From sequence record SRR20825006_1150: DNA of 56,908 bases; one strand, 5' to 3'. The translations under genes and the position numbers were made by a program. This document shows, piece after piece, positions 28,036 through 37,942 of this stretch (position 1 is its first letter; every line of letters starts with the position of its first letter). The notes under the pieces were generated by a model. That model was not told the origin of the DNA. It ran no database searches and was given only the letters and a program-made list of their open reading frames with translations.

Positions 28036-29814
28036 TCAGACGGGTGAAGCGTCCTGGAACATCCGCACTGGCTGGATTGGGTATGCGAACCGGCCGTAGG
28101 CCATGTCATAGATGTCCCACTTTTGATGTCCTTCGTCGTGCAGAACGGACTTGATCACCCGTTCCGTCAGCAGCACCACATCGCGCCATTCGTTGGTGTC
28201 CAATGTCACCAAACCGGCATTTCGTTGCTCTGCCAAGTCGGCGGCTTTTTCCAAGTGCTTTGCCAACAGCTTGGGTGCGGTAATCGATTCGTGGACCGCC
28301 AAGGTCGCATGCTCATTTGCACCCGCAACCTGAAGGTCTTGATATGAATCGTCAACGCTGATGAGGCAATGCCCGTCTTCGAGAATGCTGATCATTCGCA
28401 GGCGGACCTTCCCGTCGAGTTCATCGGTCATTCCGAGAACGAGGTTCTGACATCCGACCTGAATCGTTGCGTAGCACGCCGCTTCTCCGCGACCAATTTC
28501 AACCAACAGCGGTTCTTCAAAATCGGCCTTCTGCCAAAGCACATTGTGTTCCATCGCTTCGGGAGATGGTTGTGCATTGGCCGGCACGCTCAAACGCGGA
28601 TCCAGGTATTTTCTGGAGTAGCTGGCGTTCTTGTTCAGCGTTTCTTGCAGCTTGTCTTGTTGAACGCCTGTGGTTGCGTACTGGTCTGCATCCACTTCCA
28701 TGCCTTTGTTCTTCTTGGAACCCTTTTGTTTCTTCGAGGGCTTCGCACGTTTCGAACGACCTTTCTCTGGCACGATCAAGTCGTCCAACGAACCAGGCGA
28801 CAACGCAATGCTTCGCTTCGTTTTCACGCTTCCGCGGATCCCCAGCAACAACGCCGTGCCACCACAAGCAGCAACAAATCCGGCGGCTTGCAATGTCCAT
28901 ATCGATTGAGCCTGCCCAAGTCCTCCGAGTTGAAAGGCCAATCCGTAGGCCGCGACCAAGCTGATCACACCTGCGAAGAATGCCAGTGTCCATGTCACTC
29001 GGTTGCCACGACCGGATCGCAAAGGAAGTCCGAACAATCCAACGATGGCGGCGATGGGACAAAACACAATCCAAAGCCCCCATCCTGCCGAACTGCACAG
29101 CAGCCATCCCAGAGTCATCGCCAAAGCAGAACCGCCTACCCAAAGACCCGCATCGGACTTGGTTTCGGTTTGCGAAACTGGATGCAAAGAGTACTGATTC
29201 ATTTCAGCCGCCTTTACAAACGGTTCGGGCAATTCGAGACCAAGGTAGTCAGCCGACTTTGCGATCCATTTCGACGTTGGGTCCTCGGCAACGAATGCGG
29301 TCAGGGTGCCGGTCGACTTCACTTCTTCTAGTGCCAACGAGGCAATGTCTCGTCCTGGTGACAACTTCAATGGTTGTGGCATCGAAGCGCCGATGAAGTC
29401 ACGTGGAATGACTTCGCCGCGAACCATCTGATCGATCAGTTTCTTTGAACGAGGATGCTTGAGTGTTTTCGCGATCGTTGATTTTGCCATCGCGACTTTG
29501 TCACCTGACATCCAAGCTCGCATTCCCGTTCCGACTGGTAACGGGGCCGATTGGTTGGGATCCGGTTCCAACATGGCGAACTCCATCTCTTCGGATGGCT
29601 CCGCAATGGTTGCGTCGGTCAACCGCACGACCGAGGATTCACCGATTCCATATTGAACCAGCTCTGCACAAGTCATCTCGACCGGAGTTTGCTCCGATGA
29701 CAATGCACGGTGAAGCTTGGGAACGGCGACGAGAGTCCCGCAAAAGAGACCGGCCGAGAACAAAACGCTGCCGACTGCTGCACGTCGAGTGTTACGTCGT
29801 TTTGAGGAGGGCAT
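28036..29814 (-). CDS. Hypothetical multi-pass membrane protein
   Basis: 592-aa ORF: N-terminal anchor, about 4 central TM helices, Lys-rich linker and soluble C-terminal domain. GGAT/AGCC upstream; best frame in the region. Confidence 0.75.
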   Translation of the reverse strand: MPSSKRRNTRRAAVGSVLFSAGLFCGTLVAVPKLHRALSSEQTPVEMTCAELVQYGIGESSVVRLTDATIAEPSEEMEFAMLEPDPNQSAPLPVGTGMRAWMSGDKVAMAKSTIAKTLKHPRSKKLIDQMVRGEVIPRDFIGASMPQPLKLSPGRDIASLALEEVKSTGTLTAFVAEDPTSKWIAKSADYLGLELPEPFVKAAEMNQYSLHPVSQTETKSDAGLWVGGSALAMTLGWLLCSSAGWGLWIVFCPIAAIVGLFGLPLRSGRGNRVTWTLAFFAGVISLVAAYGLAFQLGGLGQAQSIWTLQAAGFVAACGGTALLLGIRGSVKTKRSIALSPGSLDDLIVPEKGRSKRAKPSKKQKGSKKNKGMEVDADQYATTGVQQDKLQETLNKNASYSRKYLDPRLSVPANAQPSPEAMEHNVLWQKADFEEPLLVEIGRGEAACYATIQVGCQNLVLGMTDELDGKVRLRMISILEDGHCLISVDDSYQDLQVAGANEHATLAVHESITAPKLLAKHLEKAADLAEQRNAGLVTLDTNEWRDVVLLTERVIKSVLHDEGHQKWDIYDMAYGRFAYPIQPVRMFQDASPV

Positions 29815-30008
29815 CCAAGGCTACTCGTTGATTGGGCGAAGGCGTGGCCGATGGCCAAATGAATTACATGAGGGTGGGGGACGAACCATTCCATCCAAAA
29901 CTTAGGTCGCACTCCTCGCGGATGCCGTGCGAGGTCGGAAAGAAACCGCTATTTTGTGTCGCTGTGAAGAGACAACGCCGCGCGATGGACGCTCCAAGGA
30001 ATACAAGC

Positions 30009-31280
30009 ATGACGGAATCACCCAAGCACAATCAGTCACTGACGTATTGGATTGCGGGTGCGATTGTGGCGGCGATCGCGGTTGCACTGACTGCACCGGA
30101 ATTCGCGGTTCACTTCGAAATCGGTGGTGAGTTGTTTCTCCGAGCGTTGAAAATGATTGTGGTTCCGCTGGTATTCACATCGGTGATGTGCGGCGTGCTG
30201 GGGCTGGGCGACGTCCGGCAATTGGGGCGACCAGGTGCGACCGCGGTGGGATACTACCTATGCACAACCGTCCTGGCCGTCGTCATCGGACTGATCGTGG
30301 TGAACGTCATTCGGCCTGGAGTGGGAACGGTTGATCCCGCGGTCCTGGAAAAATTCGCTCAGGGAGCTGAACTGCCCAATGGGCAAACCGAAGCACCGGG
30401 TATGGGCGTCGTGCTAGAGAACTTGGCGCTGATGCTGATCACGGACAACTTGTTTGCCGCCGCAGCAGACACGCAGTTGTTGCCAATCATCGTCTTCACC
30501 ATTGCGATTGGTGCGTTGATGACAACGATGATGGATCGGGTTCGCTCAATTGCGACTCTGGTCACCGAAGCAAATGACCTTCTTCTGCGATTCGTATTGG
30601 CTCTGATGAAACTCGCCCCGATCGGGATCTTCTGTTTGGTGACCGCACGTTTTGGCAAGGCACATGCCGATGGGCGATTCTTCGAGGAGATCAGCCAGAT
30701 CGGCTGGTACTTCGCCGCGGTCATTATCGGATTAGCAATTCATGGATTCATCGTGCTTGCTTTGATTTACTATGTCGTGACCAAGAAGAACCCCTATCAC
30801 TACATGGGGGCGATGAGCCAAGCGTTGCTGACTGCGTTCTCGACGGCCAGCTCTTCTGCAACGCTACCGGTCACGCTGGAATGCGCCGAATCAGCCGGTG
30901 TCTCCAAACGCTCAACCGAGTTCGTGATTCCTCTGGGAGCAACGATCAACATGGATGGCACCGCGTTGTACGAAGCCGCCGCGGCGATCTTCATCGCGCA
31001 GGCTATCGGGTTTGACCTCACGTTGTCGGATCAGTTGATCGTCGCGGTCACCGCGACGTTGGCCGCGATCGGGGCAGCCGGAATCCCAGAAGCCGGACTG
31101 GTCACCATGCTAATTGTCCTCGGTGCCGTCGGATTGCCCCTGGAGTATCTGGGACTGATCTTGGCCGTTGACTGGCTGCTGGATCGCTTTCGAACCGCAG
31201 TCAATGTGCTCGGGGACAGCATCGGCGCCGCGGTTGTGGGGACAACGATTCCCGACGCCGAACCCACAACGACGACCTAA
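30009..31280 (+). CDS. Dicarboxylate/amino acid:cation symporter (DAACS, GltP family)
   Basis: FLRALKMIVVPLV, AFSTASSSATLP, GATINMDGTALY, IGAAGIP and DRFRT motifs. Confidence 0.95.
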   Translation: MTESPKHNQSLTYWIAGAIVAAIAVALTAPEFAVHFEIGGELFLRALKMIVVPLVFTSVMCGVLGLGDVRQLGRPGATAVGYYLCTTVLAVVIGLIVVNVIRPGVGTVDPAVLEKFAQGAELPNGQTEAPGMGVVLENLALMLITDNLFAAAADTQLLPIIVFTIAIGALMTTMMDRVRSIATLVTEANDLLLRFVLALMKLAPIGIFCLVTARFGKAHADGRFFEEISQIGWYFAAVIIGLAIHGFIVLALIYYVVTKKNPYHYMGAMSQALLTAFSTASSSATLPVTLECAESAGVSKRSTEFVIPLGATINMDGTALYEAAAAIFIAQAIGFDLTLSDQLIVAVTATLAAIGAAGIPEAGLVTMLIVLGAVGLPLEYLGLILAVDWLLDRFRTAVNVLGDSIGAAVVGTTIPDAEPTTTT

Positions 31281-31312
31281 AGTCCGCAACGACATACCGC
31301 CCGTGCAATTCG

Positions 31313-31395
31313 TATAATCTACACGCTAGACGACCTTTATAATCGCGGACGAAATGCACCTGTCATGGTCTTTCGCCTTCCATCCGCCGTATAAT
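31313..31395 (+). promoter_or_regulatory. Three TATAAT -10 boxes upstream of the long nfeD
   Basis: TATAAT at 31313, 31338 and 31390; the last lies 6 nt before ATG 31402. Confidence 0.55.
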
Positions 31396-31401
31396 CTGGG
31401 C

Positions 31402-33666
31402 ATGAACGGTCAATGGTTCGTCTTAGTTGGTTTCCGGCACAGCGTTGTCCCCGGCTGGGGGCGATCGCTTTGGTGCTTGATGTTCGCATCCTTCTGCATG
31501 CTTTTCGTCCGGCCGGGATGGGCACAAACAATCGCGACTCCAGAAACCGGAGTGTTGATCGATGTGCCCTCACCGCTGACCGGCCGCGATGTTGACCAAA
31601 TTTTGGGCCGGCTGTCTCAGATTGCTGTCACGTCTAAACGAGGTGACGCATCCGACAATGGCCGAACCACCGTGGTTTTGCGACTGCGAGAATCTGGCTC
31701 AGCCGATCAAGTCGCTGCGGACAGGCCGTCTGAGAACAAGCCAACACGGGATAGCAACAGAGCGGCTTCCACTCGAGCAACCGCGTTCGAGGACGCTCTA
31801 AAGATCGCGAGGACTATTTCCAGTGCCGATCTCAAGCGTGTCCGGGTGGTTGCCTGGGTTGATGGAGCGGTCAGCGGCCACGACGTGCTCCTTCCGCTGG
31901 CCTCCGAAACAATCCTGATTTCGTCTTCTGGTTCAATTGGCGATGCAGGTCGATTCGAGACTCAGCTCGATGACACGATCGGTGTTCTGTATCAGTCCAT
32001 CGCTCGGCGTCGAGCTTTGATTCCTTCTGAGCTGGTCGATGGATTGGTTGATTCCGGGCTGGAAGTCGCGAAGGTCAACTTGATCGATGGCGAATCAAGC
32101 TTTCTATCGGGCGACTCGCTCCTAGCTGCTCGAGCCGATGGACGGGTCGCGTCTGAAACCACCTTGGCAAACGCGGGCGAACCGCTTGTACTGGATGCCA
32201 ACCAGCTTCGACAGATCCGCGCTGCTGCGGCGGTCGTTGATTCAGTGGCCACCGTCTCAGACTGGCTGGAACTGAAGGAGTTGCAAAGCGACGATCCGGA
32301 GTCAAGCAACCAAGCAGTTGGGCGACTGGTCCGAGTCACAGGCAACATCACCGGATCCAGAGTTCGCCGTTGGCAGAGCAACCTAGCGGCTTCAATCGAT
32401 TCACCGGACGTAAACACTTGGCTGGTTGCCATCGATTCTCCCGGTGGCAATCTAAATCGCAGTGCCTCACTCGCGGCTTCGTTGGCTGATCCCGGCATCG
32501 CGATCCAGTCCGTTGGTGGTTGGGTTACGGGTGAAGCTCGCGGCGACGCAGCATTGATCGCTTTGGCCTGCCAACCTTTGCTGATGTCACCTGAAGCGAC
32601 CATTGGCGGAAGCGGTGCGGATGCAATGTCGGCCGATGATGTGCGACGGCAATCAGAATTGATCGACATGATCGCCGAATCAACGGGACGCAGCGCCGCA
32701 CTGATTCGCGGAATGCTGGATCCGTCGATTTCTGTGCATCGTTACGTTCACCGTCGGTCTGGACGAGTCCGGTACGCCACGTCTGAACAGATTCGCCAGG
32801 AATCGAACGAGGACGACCCAAGTGACTGGCAGCGAATGGAAAAAATCGAACTCGCCACCGGACTGAACGCAGCTCAAGCCATTGAACTAGGATTGGCCGA
32901 GGCGACTGCCGAATCGCTTCAGACAGCCGCCTCGTCGGTGGGTTTGAACGAGGTTCCGCCCGAACTTTCCGACCGCGGGCTTGTCCGTTGGGTCGAACGA
33001 CTCGGAGGCCAAACGGGCCTCGCAATGTCTCTGCTCGTGATAGGCTTCATGATGCTGTCGATCGAAGCGAGCGCCCCTGGACTTGGCCTTCCTGGATTCA
33101 TCTCCTTGGTCTGCTTCGCCTTCTTCTTTTGGATCAAATACCTGGCGGGAACCGCCGAATGGGCCGAACTTCTCGCGTTCGGACTGGGGCTAGCATGCAT
33201 CGGAATCGAGATTTTTGTACTGCCTGGATTCGGTATCTTCGGAGTCGGTGGTCTGATTTTGACCGCGATCGGTGTGATGCTGATGAGTCAGACGTTTGTG
33301 ATTCCGCAGAACGCCTATCAGCTCGGTGAACTCACGCGAGGCCTCTGGGTCGCACTCGGTGGACTCGGAGGTTGCGTTCTTGGAATGATTCTGGTCCGGA
33401 TGTATCTGCCTCAAGCGGCACTCGCGACGGGACTTTCGATGGGAGTGCCCGAGGCGAACCTCGATGAATCCGAGCGTTTGGCCCACTACGACGATCTGAT
33501 GGGACAAACCGGAGAAGCGACCACTCCACTGCGTCCGAGCGGCAAAGCTCGATTTGGTGAACGAATTGTGCCTGTCGTCAGCGATGCCACCGCAATTGAT
33601 GCCGGTCAATCCATTCGCGTGATTCAGGTGCTCGGAAACCGTATCACCGTCGAGGCGGTGGATTAA
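31402..33666 (+). CDS. Long NfeD-family membrane protein with two ClpP-like domains
   Basis: IDSPGG motif, IALAC..LLMSPEATIG, about 5 TM helices (IEIFVLPGFGIFGVGG) and C-terminal OB fold (G+A.TPLRPSGKA). Confidence 0.88.
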   Translation: MNGQWFVLVGFRHSVVPGWGRSLWCLMFASFCMLFVRPGWAQTIATPETGVLIDVPSPLTGRDVDQILGRLSQIAVTSKRGDASDNGRTTVVLRLRESGSADQVAADRPSENKPTRDSNRAASTRATAFEDALKIARTISSADLKRVRVVAWVDGAVSGHDVLLPLASETILISSSGSIGDAGRFETQLDDTIGVLYQSIARRRALIPSELVDGLVDSGLEVAKVNLIDGESSFLSGDSLLAARADGRVASETTLANAGEPLVLDANQLRQIRAAAAVVDSVATVSDWLELKELQSDDPESSNQAVGRLVRVTGNITGSRVRRWQSNLAASIDSPDVNTWLVAIDSPGGNLNRSASLAASLADPGIAIQSVGGWVTGEARGDAALIALACQPLLMSPEATIGGSGADAMSADDVRRQSELIDMIAESTGRSAALIRGMLDPSISVHRYVHRRSGRVRYATSEQIRQESNEDDPSDWQRMEKIELATGLNAAQAIELGLAEATAESLQTAASSVGLNEVPPELSDRGLVRWVERLGGQTGLAMSLLVIGFMMLSIEASAPGLGLPGFISLVCFAFFFWIKYLAGTAEWAELLAFGLGLACIGIEIFVLPGFGIFGVGGLILTAIGVMLMSQTFVIPQNAYQLGELTRGLWVALGGLGGCVLGMILVRMYLPQAALATGLSMGVPEANLDESERLAHYDDLMGQTGEATTPLRPSGKARFGERIVPVVSDATAIDAGQSIRVIQVLGNRITVEAVD

Positions 33667-34274
33667 TGCCGGTTTTGTATACGATCGGGCTGCTGGTGCT
33701 CTTCTTCACACTGGCCATCGCCGAGATCCTTGTCCCGAGTGCAGGCTTGCTCGGGCTATTCGCCGTCGCCGCAGCAATCACAGCCGTGCTGATCGCATTC
33801 ACCGTCAGCCTCAACTTTGCGCTGGCCGTGATCCTAGCCTTGCTTGTACTGACTCCCATCCTGCTCAGCATCGTGTTGCGACTCTGGCCTCAAACAGCGA
33901 TTGGCAAAGAAGTCCTCAACCGGCGTTCAAGCGACTCGAAAAGCACGATGCCCACTGCAACAGCTCCCGACGGTACACCACTGTCTGACTTGGTAGGCCG
34001 CTATGGAGTCGCAGCATCGAACCTGTTACCAGCCGGCAGGGTCATCGTCGACGGCCACAAGGTCGATGCGGTCAGCACCGGAATGCCAATCGACACGGGG
34101 CAGCCCATCAAGGTCGTCCGAGTCCAAGCCGGCAATCTGCAAGTCCGACTAGCAACCTCTGACGAACCCCAATCTCAACCCGCCACCACGTCGGCAGAAA
34201 CAAGCTCCCCCGACGTGTCTCCCAACTCCGCCAAAACACTCGACGAAGTCAATCTCGACGACCTTGGTATTTGA
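33666..34274 (+). CDS. Short NfeD-family protein
   Basis: AEILVPSAGLLG TM region and OB fold (GRYGVA..LLPAGRV.VDG..VDAVS); TAATG overlap with the upstream gene. Confidence 0.88.
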   Translation: MPVLYTIGLLVLFFTLAIAEILVPSAGLLGLFAVAAAITAVLIAFTVSLNFALAVILALLVLTPILLSIVLRLWPQTAIGKEVLNRRSSDSKSTMPTATAPDGTPLSDLVGRYGVAASNLLPAGRVIVDGHKVDAVSTGMPIDTGQPIKVVRVQAGNLQVRLATSDEPQSQPATTSAETSSPDVSPNSAKTLDEVNLDDLGI

Positions 34275-34325
34275 GATCCAGTCGTCAGTCTACTGAGCGT
34301 GCGTTACTACCTTCTGTCCAGATAC

Positions 34326-34353
34326 AAAAAAACGGCATCCCGAGGGACACCGT
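34326..34353 (-). terminator. Intrinsic terminator after the DUF1559 gene
   Basis: Minus strand ACGGTGTCCC-TCG-GGATGCCG-TTTTTTT. Confidence 0.8.
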
Positions 34354-34382
34354 CTTCGTTGAACTAGCTGGCGAACAGACGC

Positions 34383-35612
34383 TCAGTTTTCTTCGTCACT
34401 GTAGACGTACTCTGGGAATGGAACGTTGCTGCTTTTCCCGCGAGGTGTCAGCAAGGCCTGATAGACACGGTAGTCAATGGAATCTGCAATGAACCGCGTG
34501 CCACCGTCAGCCATTGCCGCGTTTACTCCGTCGGTGTGAGCCGAAGAAGGACGTGCAATCTGAGCGGCATTCGCTGCAGTCATTTGCAAGTTGAAGATTT
34601 CATCTGAAACAGAAGTGCCACCACCGTTGATTCTGTAGAAACCTACAACGGCATTTGGAAGTTGAGGAGCAGCGTTGCCGTTCTTGTTCCAAAATGACGC
34701 CAAAGCGGCATCCGAGTTCTTAGGATCGGCATAGTGCCAAACCATCCCATGAACATAACGGGCGTTCTCGACCGCAAAAACAACGTCTTTGTGAGCTGGA
34801 TCGGCGAGCGTCACGTTGCTAGCGTTGATGAAACCAGCACGGCTCCATGGAAGAGCTTGAACACTCTCAGCAAACAACATTGTGTTTCCAGCTCCATCCT
34901 TGAAGTCATCCAAGCGGACTCGCGGTCCTTCGAATTCATGAACACCGTCTCCGCGGGAATTCACACTGGTGACGTTGTACTTGCAATTAAACACACCATT
35001 GGCCCGGTTCTGCGATTCAGCGAAAACGCTGGAACCTGACGGTGCATTAAGGAAGCTCGATGGCCCCGAACTGTGGCACAAACCATTGTTTGAAATGTAG
35101 CTGTTCTTCGCAAAATCGCCGACTGCAACCGGGTTACTTGGACATTGCATGACTGCCAAGTTCGGTGCTGCTAACGAGTGGAAACCATCTCCAGATGCAC
35201 CACTAGTTGCTTCATGTTCAGCACCAGAAACGTTGGTGTGCAGGATTGGATAACGGTCTTCGCTCCAGTGCTCATACGTTGGCTGAGCGTCCAACCAAGG
35301 AAGAAGAGCGACTGCCCAAGTCCCGATTTTCATGTGAGGGGCCAGAGCGGCACCTGAGTTGCTTGGGTCCGATGGATCGATATAGCTGTCGTGACGTCCG
35401 AAACTTTGGACGTACCCCGGCATTTCACCTTTAGTATTCTCATACTGAATCGCCGCCAAGGACAAGTTTTTGATCTGTGTGCTGCATTGATTACGTCGAG
35501 CTGTTTCCCGGGCTGAGTTCACAGCGGGGATGAGCAGGCCCATCAAGATGCCGATGATGGTGATCACCACCAGCAATTCAACAAGAGTGAAACCGGATGG
35601 TTTGGTTTTCAT
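34383..35612 (-). CDS. DUF1559 prepilin-type N-terminal cleavage/methylation protein
   Basis: GFTLVELLVVITIIGILMGLLIPAV..ARETARR..C, CPS, DGAGNT..FAE and H-X9-DG (HTDGVNAAMADG) motifs. Confidence 0.93.
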   Translation of the reverse strand: MKTKPSGFTLVELLVVITIIGILMGLLIPAVNSARETARRNQCSTQIKNLSLAAIQYENTKGEMPGYVQSFGRHDSYIDPSDPSNSGAALAPHMKIGTWAVALLPWLDAQPTYEHWSEDRYPILHTNVSGAEHEATSGASGDGFHSLAAPNLAVMQCPSNPVAVGDFAKNSYISNNGLCHSSGPSSFLNAPSGSSVFAESQNRANGVFNCKYNVTSVNSRGDGVHEFEGPRVRLDDFKDGAGNTMLFAESVQALPWSRAGFINASNVTLADPAHKDVVFAVENARYVHGMVWHYADPKNSDAALASFWNKNGNAAPQLPNAVVGFYRINGGGTSVSDEIFNLQMTAANAAQIARPSSAHTDGVNAAMADGGTRFIADSIDYRVYQALLTPRGKSSNVPFPEYVYSDEEN

Positions 35613-36187
35613 GGCGGTGTCCATAGGCGAAGAGATAAGAGACGACGCGATCCGGCAGTCGCCGGTCTGTTCGATCGCTAGCGATACCATTATTCCAAGC
35701 CACGACGGGAATTGCAACTCAGAACACCCTTCCCTTCGCTCGAGTGGGGGATTAACGCACCATCTCGTGCGGACTGGCGGAAGTTTGCGGACACACGCAG
35801 GCCATCTGCGTGCCTTTCTGGCAGCTTGAACGACAATCGGCCAACAAATCGCCGGAGATCCACTGCCCCCCAAATGCGAGGCGTTCTCAAAACGATGGCG
35901 ATGGAAGCGTCGACATTGAGCCGAAATCATGTTGGCCAAGCGAAGTTTCGCGGCGGAAAAGCAATCTAAAACGCCATTTGCCGATCTTGTTTGCAAGCAA
36001 TCTCGAGCTGGACATTTTGGCGGATCGTCAATGGCTACGATCGCCAGCGTCGCGAAAAATTGGACATCGCGACAATGCCGCAGGCAGGTAAAGCGTCGAG
36101 CAAGTGCGAGTCGCGAAGCGAACGTCGCTCGCCCTACGTCCGATTCAAACGTGTATCGCGAAGGAATCTCACACCGAACACAACGGC

Positions 36188-36946
36188 TCAGAAGCCGCCC
36201 TGATCCACCGCGGCTGTGAGCTCTCGCTTCAAGATCTCATCAATTGGCTTGCGTTCGAAAGGCTGGTCGGCCAGCTTCTCACGATCGCCAATCAATTTCG
36301 CTCGCTGGACCACTTCGCGAATACTTTCGGCCGCAAGTGGTTGCTTCAGCACACGGCCGAGCGGGTGCGTCGTGTCGACTTGGGTTGTTGGTAACAAGAC
36401 GTCATTGACGTCAATCACCGTTGCCTTTCCAAGCTCAATTGCACGCCTCAACCGAGAAATCTGTTTCAGCGCGTCATTGCGTTCATCGTCGCCAAAGTTT
36501 TCTTGGACGAACGAGTCGATCACGTCCAACTCGCCGTACTGCGGGATCGGTAAACGCACCAAACGCTGCATCACCGCGGACGCCCTTTCTTGCGGGTAGT
36601 CATCCGCTCGCATTTCCTTGATCGTCGATTCCAACTGAGCGATGACCGACTTCTTCTCGTCCGGTGGCAACAGGCTCTGCTCGATCACGTCGACGTAACC
36701 CACCAATGTACGGATCGCGACTTCGGTGCGTTTTTGAAACAACACCCACGTCGTGACACCGCAAAAGACAAACGACACGATTCCCATCAGCAGCGTGCAT
36801 GCAACCACAATGGGCATGCACCCCGGTTCTTGTTGTTCCGGGGTGCTGCTTTGTGGTTTCGAGTCGCCACCGGGCGTCGAATCTGAATCGGCACCAGCTC
36901 CGGTCATCTCCGGTGCCGGCTCGCTGTCATCTTTGGCTGAGCTCAC
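36188..36946 (-). CDS. Hypothetical single-pass membrane protein coupled to greA
   Basis: GTGA overlap with the greA stop codon; Cys-containing TM ([15 protein letters not shown]) followed by a helical domain. Confidence 0.8.
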
Positions 36947-37422
36947 AGATTGAATTCGATCTTCAGGATTTTGAATTTCAACTTACCTGCTGGCACGTCG
37001 ACTTCAGCCGTCTCGCCGACCTTCTTGCCAACCAACCCCTGACCAAACGGACTGGTAACGAGAATTTTGCCGCTGTCGTAATCTTCATCGCCAGCCCCCA
37101 CCAAAGTGAATTGTTCTTCGTCGCCATAGGCAACGTCTTCCACCGTAACGGTGCAACCGAACACAACTTCATCTTTGGGAAGCGACGACACATCGATGAT
37201 CGACGCGCGAGCAATCTTGTCACGCAGCTCGTTGATCTTCGCCATCAACATGCCTTGGTTCTCACGCTGCGCGTGGTATTCCGCGTTCTCCTTCAAGTCA
37301 CCTTCTTCACGAGCTTCCGCGATCTTCTGGACGATCATGGGCATTTCTTCGTTTTCCATGCGATTGATCTCGGCCTTGATCTTGTTGTAGCCCTCTCGGG
37401 TCATTGGTACCGATTCAACCAT
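36943..37422 (-). CDS. greA: Transcription elongation factor GreA
   Basis: [22 protein letters not shown] and [14 protein letters not shown] motifs; 159 aa from ATG 37422. Confidence 0.97.
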
Positions 37423-37456
37423 TGTCGCGATCCTACATGTGTTTGGCTGGAGACAT

Positions 37457-37488
37457 AAAAAAAGAAACCTTCCCCGAGGGAAAGGTTC
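37457..37488 (-). terminator. Intrinsic terminator in the greA leader (attenuator-like)
   Basis: Minus strand GAACCTTTCCC-TCG-GGGAAGGTTTC-TTTTTTT, ending about 35 nt before the greA ATG. Confidence 0.82.
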
Positions 37489-37502
37489 GTTCGCAAACCG
37501 CA

Positions 37503-37531
37503 ATTGTCGACCAGTCGGATTGAAAAGTCCA
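37503..37531 (-). promoter_or_regulatory. Candidate sigma-70 promoter of greA
   Basis: Minus strand TGGACT-N17-GACAAT immediately upstream of the leader terminator. Confidence 0.45.
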
Positions 37532-37693
37532 GTCCCAGGACCTAATCGGCCGGCAATGGTGGGCTCCGGTTCAAAGCCAACCAACCATTCGATCCAACCC
37601 TTTCAAAGGCGAAAATCCGCGATGCCCTTTCTTTCGGATCACAAACCAAACCGCTCGCCGCTGGTCACTCTCAATCTACTAGCTACCGCTCTG

Positions 37694-37942
37694 CTACTCG
37701 CTGTATCGATGAAAACTCTCGTTTTGCCGCTCGGGACTTGGTTGGGTCAGATCACGGTCGTCCAAGTACTCGACGGGTGCGTCACCGGGATCGCCTTCAT
37801 GCGGCAAACCAATCTCTTCGTTCATCCAACGTCCAAGGTCGATGAGCTGGCACCGCTTGGAACAAAACGGCATCGCGGGCGTCTCATCCGATAGAAAACG
37901 GCGGCCGCACGTTGGGCAATTGATTTTGACGGGCGGTTCCAT
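37694..37942 (-). CDS. yacG: DNA gyrase inhibitor YacG
   Basis: CPTC....PFCSKRCQLIDLGRW zinc-finger motif and acidic tail. Confidence 0.93.
   Translation of the reverse strand: MEPPVKINCPTCGRRFLSDETPAMPFCSKRCQLIDLGRWMNEEIGLPHEGDPGDAPVEYLDDRDLTQPSPERQNESFHRYSE

Noticed and set aside
28369-29331. 320-aa plus-strand ORF and other long antisense ORFs (e.g. 45378-46325, 13011-13748, 20370-21161, 44527-45333)
   Set aside because: Shadow ORFs opposite well-supported genes, with no motifs; expected at this GC content.
37500-37590. tRNA-like segment (GGTTCAAAGCC...ACCA)
   Set aside because: No acceptor stem, D arm or anticodon arm can be formed.
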